This document shows, piece after piece, positions 9,454 through 19,600 of a stretch of 64,000 nucleotides of DNA. A model generated the notes under the pieces. That model was not told where the DNA came from. It searched no databases and saw only the letters and a program-made list of their open reading frames with translations. The translations under genes were made by a program, and so were the position numbers. The stretch is from Verrucomicrobiia bacterium (GTDB lineage: Bacteria; Verrucomicrobiota; Verrucomicrobiia; Limisphaerales; UBA11358): the NCBI GenBank assembly GCA_036498725.1, contig DASYEY010000200.1, positions 9,401 to 73,400 of the forward strand. The letters run 5' to 3'. Position 1 is the stretch's first letter; each line of letters starts with the position of its first letter.

Positions 9454-10842
9454 TCACAACGATTGTAAAAAGCGCAGCAGCGCCTCACGGTCGTTTTTCT
9501 TCAACCGGCGAAATTGTTCCTGGGAGTTTTCCGCTTCCCCGCCGTGCCATAAAATGGCTTCAGACAGGCCGGTGGCACGGCCATCGTGCAAAAAATAATT
9601 GTGATTGTTTACGGTCGAGACCAGTCCGATGCCCCAAAGCGGCGGCGTGCGCCACTGGCTGCCGCTGGCTTGGAAAATTTGCCGCCGGTCAGATAAACCC
9701 GGCCCCATGTCGTGCAAGAGCAAGTCGGTGTAAGGATGGATGAGCTGGTGCGATAATTCGGGAAAGCCCGCCATATTGCCGGTTTCCAATTCCGGCACAT
9801 GACAGGCGGCGCAGTTGAGCTGGCGAAAGAGTTTTTCACCGCGCAATACGACTTCATTAGTCCGGTCGCGCCGGGCGGGAACCGCGATCAGCTTGGCAAA
9901 AAGCACGGTGGCGGCCAGAATCTCATCACTGACTTCCGGCTGGCCGCCACTGGGTGAATTGGTGCAGATGTTCTCTGCGGCTGTGTAATTTTCCTGCGGA
10001 TACAGTGTGGTGGTCAAACCCATGTCGCCATTGAAGGCGGCGGCGCATTGCTGGCGCACGTTGGGTTGTTCGGCCTTCCAGCCAAAACGGCCGACGGCCA
10101 ACTGTTTTGCGGCGGCGTCCCAAACTATATTAAGCTGGCCTGAAATGCCGTCGGCGCGTTTTTGATCTTGGGCGGCAATCATTTTCAACGATTCTTCAGG
10201 CACGGCTTCAAGCAGCCCCAAGCCAATGATGGCAGGGGCCACGAGGGGTGAAATAACGGCATTCGTCTGCATCGGTCCATATCCCAGATCAGACAACAAA
10301 AAAGTTGGGCGACGCAAATAATAGGCCTCACCGTCATCGTAAGTGCCGCGGATCAATTGGTAGGCGCCCAGAATTTTTGCCTCCGGTTTGAAACCGGGCA
10401 GGGCATGTGTTTGTAATTGCAACCCATAAGTCGGCTCCGGTTTGGGGCCGCCATCCGGGCCCCGTCCGGGCACACTCAGCCGGACCACGACCGTTTCGGT
10501 CGGTACGAATGAATCCGGCGGTTGGCCGCGTCCGTTCCGGGTATGACACGCAAAACAGGAACGCGAGATGAACAAGGGGCCGAGGCCATCGCGATCGCTC
10601 GGCGTCAACGTTGCTGCCAGCCAGCTTTCATTGAAGAAAAAACTGCCGATCGTGTAAGGCGTATGATGTTCCAGCGTCAAATTGCGCGCTGAGAGGGAAA
10701 ACGCATTGCGGGTGGCATCAAAAGCCGTCGTGCCGCCACCGGCAAGCTCTGAATTGGTTGCTGATTCGTCGGCTCGAATCAGCCAGCCGGAAACGATAAT
10801 GAAAATGATGAGGAGAAACGTTTTCAATAATGCCCCGATCAA
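9454..10842 (-). CDS. DUF1111-family dihaem oxidoreductase (putative peroxidase)
   Basis: 462 aa with two CxxCH motifs in family-typical contexts (SRSCFACHTRNGRGQPP; FRQLNCAACHVPEL) and the C-terminal HGGEAENSQEQFRRL. The start is TTG and overlaps the upstream stop (TTGA). It is paired with an imelysin gene, as is usual for this family. Confidence 0.8.
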   Translation of the reverse strand: MIGALLKTFLLIIFIIVSGWLIRADESATNSELAGGGTTAFDATRNAFSLSARNLTLEHHTPYTIGSFFFNESWLAATLTPSDRDGLGPLFISRSCFACHTRNGRGQPPDSFVPTETVVVRLSVPGRGPDGGPKPEPTYGLQLQTHALPGFKPEAKILGAYQLIRGTYDDGEAYYLRRPTFLLSDLGYGPMQTNAVISPLVAPAIIGLGLLEAVPEESLKMIAAQDQKRADGISGQLNIVWDAAAKQLAVGRFGWKAEQPNVRQQCAAAFNGDMGLTTTLYPQENYTAAENICTNSPSGGQPEVSDEILAATVLFAKLIAVPARRDRTNEVVLRGEKLFRQLNCAACHVPELETGNMAGFPELSHQLIHPYTDLLLHDMGPGLSDRRQIFQASGSQWRTPPLWGIGLVSTVNNHNYFLHDGRATGLSEAILWHGGEAENSQEQFRRLKKNDREALLRFLQSL

Positions 10843-12068
10843 TTTTTCAGGTTCAAGCGCAGATGCAAGACCGCCGCGGCGTGCACAATGGAAGTGTTTT
10901 GTGCCTGCAAAGCGTCGAGTGCCTTTTTAACAGCCAGCCGTCCAGGCGTGGAATCATTGCCTAAAATCGCCTGATCAAACGGTGCCGGTATGGAACGGAT
11001 TGCCGCGATGGTTGTTTCCAATTGCTGTTGCAATATCGCCGCGAGTTTTGGATCGGCCTGTTCCAGCAACGTGATGAGTCCAGGTCCCGTAAGGATGGCA
11101 CCATCAGTGCGCGTATAACTGCCCAGCCAGACATCCTGGATGCCCATTTCGTTGCGCAACAAGTCCAGATGGGTTGAGTCGCTAAAGCAGCATTGTTCGT
11201 TTTCCTGGCTTTTGGTCGTGTAAGGCACGAGCATTCGTTCACCGGCCAGTTCGGAACTGCTCAAGTTGCCGGCACCCGTAATGATTTTTTCCAGGGCCGC
11301 ATCCGGGGGGGCGGATAAAAATCGGGCGCAATAATTAGTCGGATTGTTGGCCGCCCATTGATCGGCGACTGCTTGCAACTGGTCGGCCAGCAATTGCGTA
11401 AGCAATTGCAGATATTCCCGCCGCCGCCCGGCATTCCGGCCCGGCCCATTGGCGGTTTTTACGTAATCAGTATAAGCCCGGCGTCCCGGCGTGTCGGCGT
11501 ATAAATCCTGTCCCCACAAAAGAAATTCAATCGCATGAAACCCGGTGCTGACAGCTCTTTCCGCTTCCTGTTCGCTTTCATTTTCACCCTGTCTTTGGTT
11601 GGCGCCCAAAAGCAGGTTTTGCGTTAATTGCGGGTATAGATTGGTCTGGTTGATGATGCCTGAATCCGGCATGCCCACCGTGTAATCAATATAATTCAAA
11701 TCAATCGGCCAGGCATTGATATATTCTTCCAAAGGTTCGATCGGTCCGTCATAGAAACGCCCAACTTCGCTCTGCGAATACGACTGGCGGCTGGTGATCC
11801 ATTCGTTTCTTGCCGCAGTCAGACCATTGGCAGTTGGATTTTTCAAAAAAGTTTCGATGACATCGCGCAGCCGCAAAGCCGCCGTCACAGAATCGGAGTA
11901 TTGCGCCTCCATGATGTCCGCGTAGTGCTGGACAATGTCCGACTTCAAATTTAACACGGATTTTTCATCGGTGTTTGCCGCCGTTATTTGATATGGAATG
12001 GAAACAAGGCAAAGAAATAACAGCAGAATTTGTTTTAACGATATTCTCATGAAAAATTGCACCATCAT
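10839..12068 (-). CDS. Imelysin-family (peptidase M75 / IrpA-like) periplasmic protein
   Basis: 409 aa with signal peptide MRISLKQILLLFLCLVSIPYQITA. Three in-frame ATGs lie at 12068, 12065 and 12050. The imelysin HxxE motif GFHAIEFLLWGQD is present. It is translationally coupled to the DUF1111 gene. Confidence 0.75.
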   Translation of the reverse strand: MMVQFFMRISLKQILLLFLCLVSIPYQITAANTDEKSVLNLKSDIVQHYADIMEAQYSDSVTAALRLRDVIETFLKNPTANGLTAARNEWITSRQSYSQSEVGRFYDGPIEPLEEYINAWPIDLNYIDYTVGMPDSGIINQTNLYPQLTQNLLLGANQRQGENESEQEAERAVSTGFHAIEFLLWGQDLYADTPGRRAYTDYVKTANGPGRNAGRRREYLQLLTQLLADQLQAVADQWAANNPTNYCARFLSAPPDAALEKIITGAGNLSSSELAGERMLVPYTTKSQENEQCCFSDSTHLDLLRNEMGIQDVWLGSYTRTDGAILTGPGLITLLEQADPKLAAILQQQLETTIAAIRSIPAPFDQAILGNDSTPGRLAVKKALDALQAQNTSIVHAAAVLHLRLNLKN

Positions 12069-12196
12069 GGCGCCCGGACTTGGGCACTTTGACCAACCGC
12101 GTACAAGTTGGCTGCGCCGCGTTACAATTTGGCGGCAGCCATATCACAAAACAGTGACATTCAGGTGCTGCCAGTATGTCCGAATGAACAAAATCT

Positions 12197-12213
12197 ATTG
12201 CCGGACCGGCAAT
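12197..12213. promoter_or_regulatory. 17-bp palindrome ATTGCCGG-A-CCGGCAAT in a divergent promoter region
   Basis: Perfect 8-bp arms, read directly. It lies 60 bp upstream of the 12274 ATG, between the imelysin operon (-) and the dihaem-module gene (+). Confidence 0.35.
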
Positions 12214-12273
12214 TTGAAAATAGTGTTGCCACGGATACGGATACCGATGAATTAATATGTTGGCGGGAACTGA

Positions 12274-13635
12274 ATGATGTTCAAAGATTACGGTTTTATT
12301 TTGCGAGTCCTCGGCGGCGTGCTGGGCGGCGCATTATTGGTCCAGTCAAGCATGGCTGTTGGCATTGCGCCCCTTTATGAGGTCAACCAGCGGATGGAAG
12401 CGCCGGCCTTTTTATCCATGCCGCCACTGGCTGGCGGTGCGTTGCCCAAACTGCTTTCCCAGACGGGTGTCTTCAAAAACACCGCCGAACTTCAACCGCA
12501 GCCAGCGTTGATCCCTTATGATCTGATTGTTCCGTTTTGGTCGGACGGCGCAACGAAATTGCGCTGGATTGCTGTACCCGCAGGAAAAATACACTTCGCC
12601 CCGACCGGCGAGTGGGTTTTTCCGCGCGGAACCGTTTTCGTTAAAACGTTTGAACTGGCAACGAACGAGGCCGAGCCTGATTTGAAACGGCGTCTGGAAA
12701 CGCGGTTGCTGGTGTGCGATGCCGCCGGCGGGGTCTATGGTGCGACTTACAAATGGCGCCCGGATGACCGTGAGGCGGATTTGTTGGAGACCAATTTGAC
12801 GGAGCCGATCGAAATCAAAACGGCCACCGGCGTGCGCAAGCAGATGTGGTATTACCCGAGCCAGCAAGATTGTCTGACCTGCCACACTGCGAACGCAGGT
12901 TTGGTATTGGGCGTGAAAACGCGGCAGTTGAACCGGGATTTTAAATATCCATCCGGCGTCACGGATAATGAATTAAGTGTGTGGAGCCAGCTTGGGTTAT
13001 TCGATACAAACCTGACGGCCACGGATCTGAAAAATCTTCCCAAACTTGCTGCGGCCAATGATTTAAGCCGCAGCCTGGCCGACCGTGCCCGTTCGTATCT
13101 GGATGCCAATTGCGCGCAATGTCATCGCCCCAAGGGCACGGTTGCGTCGTTTGACGCACGTTTTGATACGCCGCTGGCGCGACAAAATTTAGTGGATGGC
13201 CGCGTATTGATTGATGAGCGGATTGATAGCCCGCGCATCATCAAGCCGAACGACATCTGGCGCTCAATTCTCTTCATGCGGGCGAACACGATCGAGCCTT
13301 TCAAGATGCCGCCGGTTGCCCGCAATACGATTGATACGCAGGGGATGAGTTTATTACGGCAATGGATCGAAAGTTTGCCCGGCCCGCCGGTGTTGCCGCC
13401 ACCAGCCATTTCTCCCCATGGCGGGAATTATCACCAGCCCCAAACCATCAGCTTGCAAAGTGACCCGGGCGTGACCATTCGCTATACACTAGATGGAACC
13501 GTGCCGACGACGTCCGATTTACTTTATGAAAAACCGATCCAATTGAGCGGTCCAACCATTTTGCGCGCCCGGGCATTTAAAGCCGGCTTCACCAAAAGCA
13601 TCACCGTCCAGGAAATCTTCCTTATTGGCGGCTGA
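12274..13635 (+). CDS. Secreted dihaem (2 x CxxCH) cytochrome-c-like protein with a chitobiase/hexosaminidase C-terminal (CHB_HEX_C) domain. It may belong to the HNE_0200/SO2930-type dihaem family (tentative, from memory).
   Basis: 453 aa. CLTCH is at 12871..12885 and CAQCH at 13111..13125. The CHB_HEX_C string is ISPHGGNYHQPQTISLQSDPGVTIRYTLDGTVPTTSDLLYEKPIQL. It is colinear with the C-terminal ~450 aa of the 2131-aa protein. Confidence 0.7.
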   Translation: MMFKDYGFILRVLGGVLGGALLVQSSMAVGIAPLYEVNQRMEAPAFLSMPPLAGGALPKLLSQTGVFKNTAELQPQPALIPYDLIVPFWSDGATKLRWIAVPAGKIHFAPTGEWVFPRGTVFVKTFELATNEAEPDLKRRLETRLLVCDAAGGVYGATYKWRPDDREADLLETNLTEPIEIKTATGVRKQMWYYPSQQDCLTCHTANAGLVLGVKTRQLNRDFKYPSGVTDNELSVWSQLGLFDTNLTATDLKNLPKLAAANDLSRSLADRARSYLDANCAQCHRPKGTVASFDARFDTPLARQNLVDGRVLIDERIDSPRIIKPNDIWRSILFMRANTIEPFKMPPVARNTIDTQGMSLLRQWIESLPGPPVLPPPAISPHGGNYHQPQTISLQSDPGVTIRYTLDGTVPTTSDLLYEKPIQLSGPTILRARAFKAGFTKSITVQEIFLIGG

Positions 13636-13660
13636 GGTTTTCTGGATTTGGCGCCGGTTT

Positions 13661-14752
13661 TTATTTTGCATTCGGCACGGCCACGATGCCCCACGGACTG
13701 CCGGGCGATTTGACGCGGGCAACTTCTTTTTCCGTCACCAGATCCACGACCGAGACATCATCAGACGGGCCATTGGCGGTGAAGAGATATTTTCCATCCG
13801 GCGAGAAGGTGATGCCCCATGGACGTTTGCCGACCTTGATCGTGTTCAGCACCGCGTAAGTATGGGCATCCACTACGCTGACGGTTCCGGCACGGCCGTC
13901 ACTGACGTAAATCTTTTTGCCATCCGGCGAAACCCTTACGCATTGCGGGCGCGAATGCGGCGGCAGCGTGATCACTTTCACCAGTTTCTGGCTGGCGGTA
14001 TCAATCACATTCAATTCACCGACGGATTCCGACGGAATAAACGCCCGTGAGCCATCGGGCAGGAAATCAACATTGCGCGGACGCGGATGGACTTGCAAAT
14101 GGCCGATGATTTTAAATGTCTGGGTATCAATCGCAAAAACATCTCCAGCCGTCTCGCAGGTGATGTAGAAAAATTTCCCGTCCGGGCTGACGCCCGTGCC
14201 TTCGGGTTCACGCGTGACGGGAATGAACGTAATGGTCTTTCCGGTGGCGGCCTCCAGCACTGTGGCGGTCCCCACATCTTCGTTGGCGATATAAAGCCGG
14301 GTGCCATCGGCACTCAGGCAAAATTGTTCTGGATCGGAACCAGCCGGAATTTTACGCAGGAATTTTTTTTGCGCCACATCCACGAGGCCGATGCCATCGG
14401 CCGCCTTGTCGGATTTGACATTATCATCGTCGTCATCGTCGTGGCCTTTTTCAAAGACCGGGTTGCCGTTGGCGTCTAATTTTGGCGGTGGTTCGATGGG
14501 GGTGCCACTCAAGGCGACATAAACCGTTTTTCCGTCTGGACTGGCGTGGATGCCGCGGGGGCGTTTGCCAACGGGAATGATGGCGACAACTTTAAAATCC
14601 TTGCCGCTGATGACGGTCAGGTTGCCGCTTTTTTCATTTGAGACAAAGATCTGATAGTCGCCGCCAGTCTGGCTGCGGGCAACCGTCGCCCCCAGGAAGA
14701 TTGTACCGCAGAAAATCACCATTCGTAGTGTGAGTCGGGGAAAAGCTTTCAT
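13661..14752 (-). CDS. YVTN-family (YncE/lactonase-like) beta-propeller repeat protein, secreted
   Basis: The start is taken at ATG 14752 (MKAFPRLTLRMVIFCGTIFLGATVARS signal). The longer ORF to 14917 adds a non-signal extension. It has repeated ~40-aa units (...GKRPRGIHASPDGKTVYVA..., ...REPEGTGVSPDGKFFYIT..., ...GKRPWGITFSPDGKYLFTAN...) and an acidic loop, KGHDDDDDDNVKSD. Confidence 0.75.
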   Translation of the reverse strand: MKAFPRLTLRMVIFCGTIFLGATVARSQTGGDYQIFVSNEKSGNLTVISGKDFKVVAIIPVGKRPRGIHASPDGKTVYVALSGTPIEPPPKLDANGNPVFEKGHDDDDDDNVKSDKAADGIGLVDVAQKKFLRKIPAGSDPEQFCLSADGTRLYIANEDVGTATVLEAATGKTITFIPVTREPEGTGVSPDGKFFYITCETAGDVFAIDTQTFKIIGHLQVHPRPRNVDFLPDGSRAFIPSESVGELNVIDTASQKLVKVITLPPHSRPQCVRVSPDGKKIYVSDGRAGTVSVVDAHTYAVLNTIKVGKRPWGITFSPDGKYLFTANGPSDDVSVVDLVTEKEVARVKSPGSPWGIVAVPNAK

Positions 14753-14934
14753 TGGAATGTACTTATAGCCAAAGCGTTTGCGGATTGTCAGCAAGAATAT
14801 TTTTTTGTCTGCCAAAATTAAATCTACAGATTGCTTTTGGCCGCTTTGCGGCTGACAATGCCCGGACTTTATTAGAGTCTTGCTTATTGGGCTGACGGCT
14901 TTGACGGCGCAACGCAAGTCCTAAGGCAGCACGC

Positions 14935-15660
14935 ATGAAGCAGATTCAACCAGCCAGCCACAGCTTGAGGAAGGCGTTTACGCTGATCGAGTTATTGGTT
15001 GTGATCGCGATCATCGCCATTCTGGCGGCCTTGTTGTTGCCGGCCTTGAATAATGCCAAACAAAAGGGCCAGCGCGCTGTTTGTCTGTCCAATCTCAAAC
15101 AGATTGGCCTGGCCTTCACGATGTATCTTGGCGACAACACCAGTCATTTTCCAGACCGGCGCGATTTAAAATCCAGTCTGCCGGGCGGTTATCATCCGTG
15201 GACCACCTGGCCGCCTTCGGATCCCCGCGGCGGCTGGGCGGCGTTGGTGTTGAAAGATCAGGGGGCCAGTTATGCGCTATGGTCGTGCCCGGCGGCGATC
15301 AATTCACCGGTTGGCAATGCTGTTCAGTCGGCTCAAACCTTCTCAACTAATACGGTTGATCCGTTATCGCGCTATTGGCTGTGGCGTTTTGATCGTCCGG
15401 ATGATCCAGTCGGGTTGGAAGATTTTTGGGGCAAAACTGAAACGGAAGCGGTGGCTGACCTGGCGTCCACAAATGATCCAACCGTCGGCATCATCAATGG
15501 CGCCGGCGATGTGGAACTGGTTGTGGATCCTTATTATCCGAATACTGTGCCGAGCATCACGGCAGATTTAAAAGGTTTTACCATCCATCCGGGCGGACGT
15601 TGCCGGGTATTTCTGGATGGGCATGTGCAATACATCAAGGATGCACGGACCCCGCGTTAG
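14935..15660 (+). CDS. Prepilin-type N-terminal cleavage/methylation protein, DUF1559 / H-X9-DG family (type II pseudopilin-like)
   Basis: It carries [26 protein letters not shown] and the C-terminal [12 protein letters not shown] (H-X9-DG) motif. Confidence 0.85.
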   Translation: MKQIQPASHSLRKAFTLIELLVVIAIIAILAALLLPALNNAKQKGQRAVCLSNLKQIGLAFTMYLGDNTSHFPDRRDLKSSLPGGYHPWTTWPPSDPRGGWAALVLKDQGASYALWSCPAAINSPVGNAVQSAQTFSTNTVDPLSRYWLWRFDRPDDPVGLEDFWGKTETEAVADLASTNDPTVGIINGAGDVELVVDPYYPNTVPSITADLKGFTIHPGGRCRVFLDGHVQYIKDARTPR

Positions 15661-15679
15661 AACTCGCCTAATACGGGTA

Positions 15680-15784
15680 GGGCAAAGTTGCTGCTTTGCC
15701 CATTTATGAACCCGATGTGATCAAGTCTGGAAACGAGCCATTTCACTTGATCATTCCACTATCAGGCGGAGCCGCAGCTTCGCC
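15680..15784. terminator. Two stem-loops between convergent genes (possible bidirectional terminators or REP-like hairpins)
   Basis: The first is GGGCAAAG(15680..15687)-TTGCTG-CTTTGCCC(15694..15701), followed by ATTTAT. The second is GGCGGAGC(15765..15772)-CGCA-GCTTCGCC(15777..15784). Neither is followed by a strong T-run. Confidence 0.4.
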
Positions 15785-15812
15785 CTGCTATTTATGGAAT
15801 AACTTGTAGTGA

Positions 15813-16469
15813 TCATTTCATTAACGACGCGTTCGTCGCAAGCTGACTATTTTCTGCGACCAACGATAATTTCACCGCTGAATCCAATCCGGTGGCAAAA
15901 GCGCGGATGGTTTTTTTTACATCCGGGACGGGCAGGTAATCGTAATGTCCAGCGGGATAACCCATGATGACAACGTAATCAAAGGCTTTTACCTTCTGCC
16001 GCTTGGGAATATCGGTGAGATAAGCGAGGCCGACGCAGGGTGTGCCCGGCTCATTTAATTCCAAAATCGCCGGATTACGGGTGACCGTGACCGTGCCCGG
16101 AATGACCCAGGATTGCGTTAAAGGTGACCGCAACAGGTCAGTGTAACCGCTATCCACGACCAGTCCGGTGGGAAGAACTTTCAGCACTTTGCCACAAATA
16201 AGGCGGCGATTGCGGATGCAATCCGCCCTGACTTCTTCGGCGCGAACCGCCGCGCTGGCCGTGGCATCCAACATGGCTGGCGCGGCAACGGTGGGAGCCG
16301 GGGGGGCTGCTGGCGATGGCGAATCATTATGCGCGCAGCCAGCCAGCAACACAGAAATACCTGCCAAACAGACGCCGGCCTTCAAACGACCCGCATGAAT
16401 CCATTGACCGGGAGCGGAGTAAAAAGCGCGAAACATGAAACCTTGTAACATTTTTTGAAAATGGCGCAA
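15813..16469 (-). CDS. Hypothetical lipoprotein
   Basis: Up to 218 aa. It has a lipobox-like LLAGC followed by an Ala/Pro-rich linker (SPSPAAPPAPTVAAPA). I recognised no family. The start codon is uncertain (several in-frame Met). Confidence 0.5.
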   Translation of the reverse strand: MRHFQKMLQGFMFRAFYSAPGQWIHAGRLKAGVCLAGISVLLAGCAHNDSPSPAAPPAPTVAAPAMLDATASAAVRAEEVRADCIRNRRLICGKVLKVLPTGLVVDSGYTDLLRSPLTQSWVIPGTVTVTRNPAILELNEPGTPCVGLAYLTDIPKRQKVKAFDYVVIMGYPAGHYDYLPVPDVKKTIRAFATGLDSAVKLSLVAENSQLATNASLMK

Positions 16470-16532
16470 CGTGTTTCTCCCGTTTTATGGCTTTACGCCG
16501 GTTGCATTTGGGGCTTAGATAGCCTAGATTTT

Positions 16533-16577
16533 ACCCGCAGCCAACAATGATGAAAAAGGATTGGGCAGGCTGCGGGT
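16533..16577. promoter_or_regulatory. Perfect 10-bp inverted repeat ACCCGCAGCC-N25-GGCTGCGGGT in the leader of the 2131-aa gene
   Basis: Arms at 16533..16542 and 16568..16577, ending 37 bp upstream of ATG 16614. Confidence 0.3.
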
Positions 16578-16613
16578 TATTCGATTTGCACCAAAACATC
16601 TGACTTACCGATT

Positions 16614-19600
16614 ATGCGTAAAACCCTCAACCGCTGGCTTAATCGTTTATTGCCAGTTTTCCTCAGCGGCATGGCAACTTCTGCTCTGGCGCAATCAGCC
16701 CTGTCGGATTTTAATACGCCCGGCCAGCTCACGGCCAATTTTAGTTCCTGGAATGACGCTGGCGGGGTGAATGCCGGTAATTATGCGTTCGCAGAAAATA
16801 CCACCGACGGCGTCAATGGCAGCGGCGGGATCAATGTCGCTCAAAACACGGACACGACCGTAACCTATAAAAGCGGCAGTTGGAATTTTGCCACCAACGG
16901 GGCAAACCTCACGGTCTCCACGATGATCTATGCTGCCGGGGGTAATAATGGCGATAAGATTCAGTTGGGCATCATCAATTCAACCGCCAATGGGCTGAAT
17001 GGAAATGCCGGGGTGCAGTTTGAATCTTTCCGCTTCATTCCAGCCAGCGCAACGACCTGGACGGCCTATGAACAGTTCCGTTCGGGCGAGACGCTTACGA
17101 CTGGCGCCGCCCTGGGCAATGTGACGGTGACGGCTGGACATTGGTATAAATTCACGGTCAGCGCCACAAACATTTCCGGCGCCTCCGGCAATATGGCCGC
17201 CGCGTGCGCACTTTTTGATTATGGCATCAATGGGGTGACACCCGGAGCCAATCTCGTCACTTTTTCCACCGTGCAAATCCATGCAGCGCAGGACATCGCC
17301 ACCGACACAACCGTTTATCCCGCCTTCCGTTTGATCGCCAACACGGCCGTCAGCGCGTGGGATAACTTTTTAGTTTTCAGCTCAAATAACGCACCGATCT
17401 TCACGTCGAAACTTGCCAATACCACCGTGATTGCCGGCAGTCCAGCCACGTTCACCGCCCTGGCGGATGGGCCGGGAAATATCACCTATGCGTGGTTCAC
17501 CAATAATGTTCTGGCGGTCGGGGCAACGAATATCACTTATACGACGCCGTCGCTTAATGCCAGTTTCACCAACCTTGCAGTCGTGGCCAAAAATGCCAAC
17601 GGCTCCGTCACCAATGCCGCAGTCATTAACGTGGCGGCAACCACCAACATGACGCCGCTGTTGCTCACGGGATTCAATCTGGATGTTGTCGTGGAAAGCA
17701 ATGCGCCCGGCACCCCTTACAATAGCTATGCGGCAGAATTAAATCCGGGTGAAGGCACTGCCTTTTATCAGCAGGGTTTGGCGGGAACAGCTTATGGTTT
17801 GCCAGCCTCCGGCTCATTCAACAGTGTGATTGACGGCACTATTTTTCAATTCCAACCTTACACGGCCAATAACGCCTTGGTGATGAGCAGCGCGACCGGA
17901 ATTGCCACCGGCACGCTGACCTTGGTGAATCCGGCGACTTACAATGCAATCTCAATTCTTGCCAATTCCGCCAACGGGACTCCGACCAGCACGGGCACGC
18001 TGGCGGTGAATTTTGCCGACGGTTCCACCTTCACCACGAATTACGTTGCGTCAGATTGGTTTTTCAACACTGGTTTTGCGATCCAAGGCACAGGGCGGAT
18101 CAATTTGACCAGCGGCGCGGTTACCGGTACTCCCACTGATCCGCGTTTTTACCAGACGATCATCAATCTGGCGGCGTTGTTGGGCGCTGGAAACAAACCC
18201 ATTGCTAGCCTGACTTTCGGGCAGGCACCGGACGCCAATGTTACTGCGATTTATGCGGTCAGTGGCTACCTGAGCGCATCAAACACATTCACCCCAGCCA
18301 GCATGACCAATCTGCCGGCAACCGGAATCCAGCCAACTTCAGCCACCTTGTCCGGGCAAGTCGTATCCAGCGGTGGTTTTGCGCCCACCATCACCGTTTA
18401 TTACGGCACAGTCAATGGCGGCACCAATGCGGGAAGTTGGGCCAATAGCGTTAATTTGGGGGTACAGACGGGAGCTTTTAGCCAGTCGGTTTCCAATCTG
18501 CTGCCGGGAACGTTCTATTATTATACCGTCAACGGCGTCAATTATGCCGGTAATTCCTGGGCCGCACCATCGCAGAGCTTTTCAACTGCACCGCTTGCAG
18601 TGCCGCAAGTGACCACGGCTCCGGCAACCGCCATCAGTGCCAATACGGCGACGTTGAATGGCCAGGTACTTTCAACGGGTGGATCGCCGACCGGGGTGAT
18701 TCTTTTTTATGGCCTAACGGATGGCGGCACGAATGCCGGTACCTGGAGTAATCAATTTTCGCTTGGCCTGCAAAGCGGCGCTTTTTCGCAGACCATCAGC
18801 GGTTTGTCCTCGAACGCAGTTTATTATTTCACGGCCGAAGCCACGAATTCGCAAGGCGCCGCCTGGTCGGCACCTTCACAGACTTTCACCACGCTGGCGA
18901 CCAATCCGGTGTTTACCGGCGTTCCCGTATTGACCTACCACAACGATAATACGCGTTGGGGTGTAAATCCGAATGAAACAACGTTGACGCTGGCGAATGT
19001 GAATACCAACAGCTTTGGCCGGTTGTTTACCTACACGGTGGATGGCTTTGTGTATGCGCAACCGTTGATCATGACGAACGTGAACATTCCCGGCAAAGGC
19101 ACGCATAACGTGGTCTATGTCGCGACCGAGCATAACAGTGTTTATGCCTTTGATGCGGATGATAATTCAGGCGCCAACGCGTCGCCGCTCTGGCAGACGA
19201 GTTTCATCAATCCCGCCGCCGGCATCACGACCGTGCCCAACGGCGACGTTGGCACCACGGATATCACCCCTGAAGTCGGCATCACCAGCACGCCGGTCAT
19301 TGATCCCGTGACGGGCACGATTTATTTTGAAGTTAAAACCAAGGAGCCGGGGCCGGTGTATGTGCATCGTCTGCACGCCTTGGATATCGCCACGGGGTTG
19401 GAACGGACGAATTTTAACAGCCCTTCCGTCATCACCTGCACGAACTATCTGGGTTCGGGAAATGGCGACAACGACGGCAAAACTCCGGCGCACGTCTTGT
19501 GGAATCCAATGCGGGAACACAGCCGTCCGGCGCTCACTTTGCTGAATGGAGCGGTCTATATGTCGTTTGCTTCCCACGGTGATAATCAACCGTATCACGG

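Noticed and set aside
12069-12273. I looked for a Fur box upstream of the imelysin/DUF1111 operon, because this gene pair is often iron-regulated.
   Set aside because: I could find no convincing 19-bp GATAATGATAATCATTATC-like sequence. Only the unrelated GC-rich palindrome at 12197..12213 is present.
14423-14443. A (GAY)6 tract encoding HDDDDDD in the YVTN propeller, considered as a possible slippage-prone phase-variation site.
   Set aside because: The repeat is imperfect (mixed GAT/GAC) and in-frame. Slippage would only change the length of the acidic loop, not switch the gene off.
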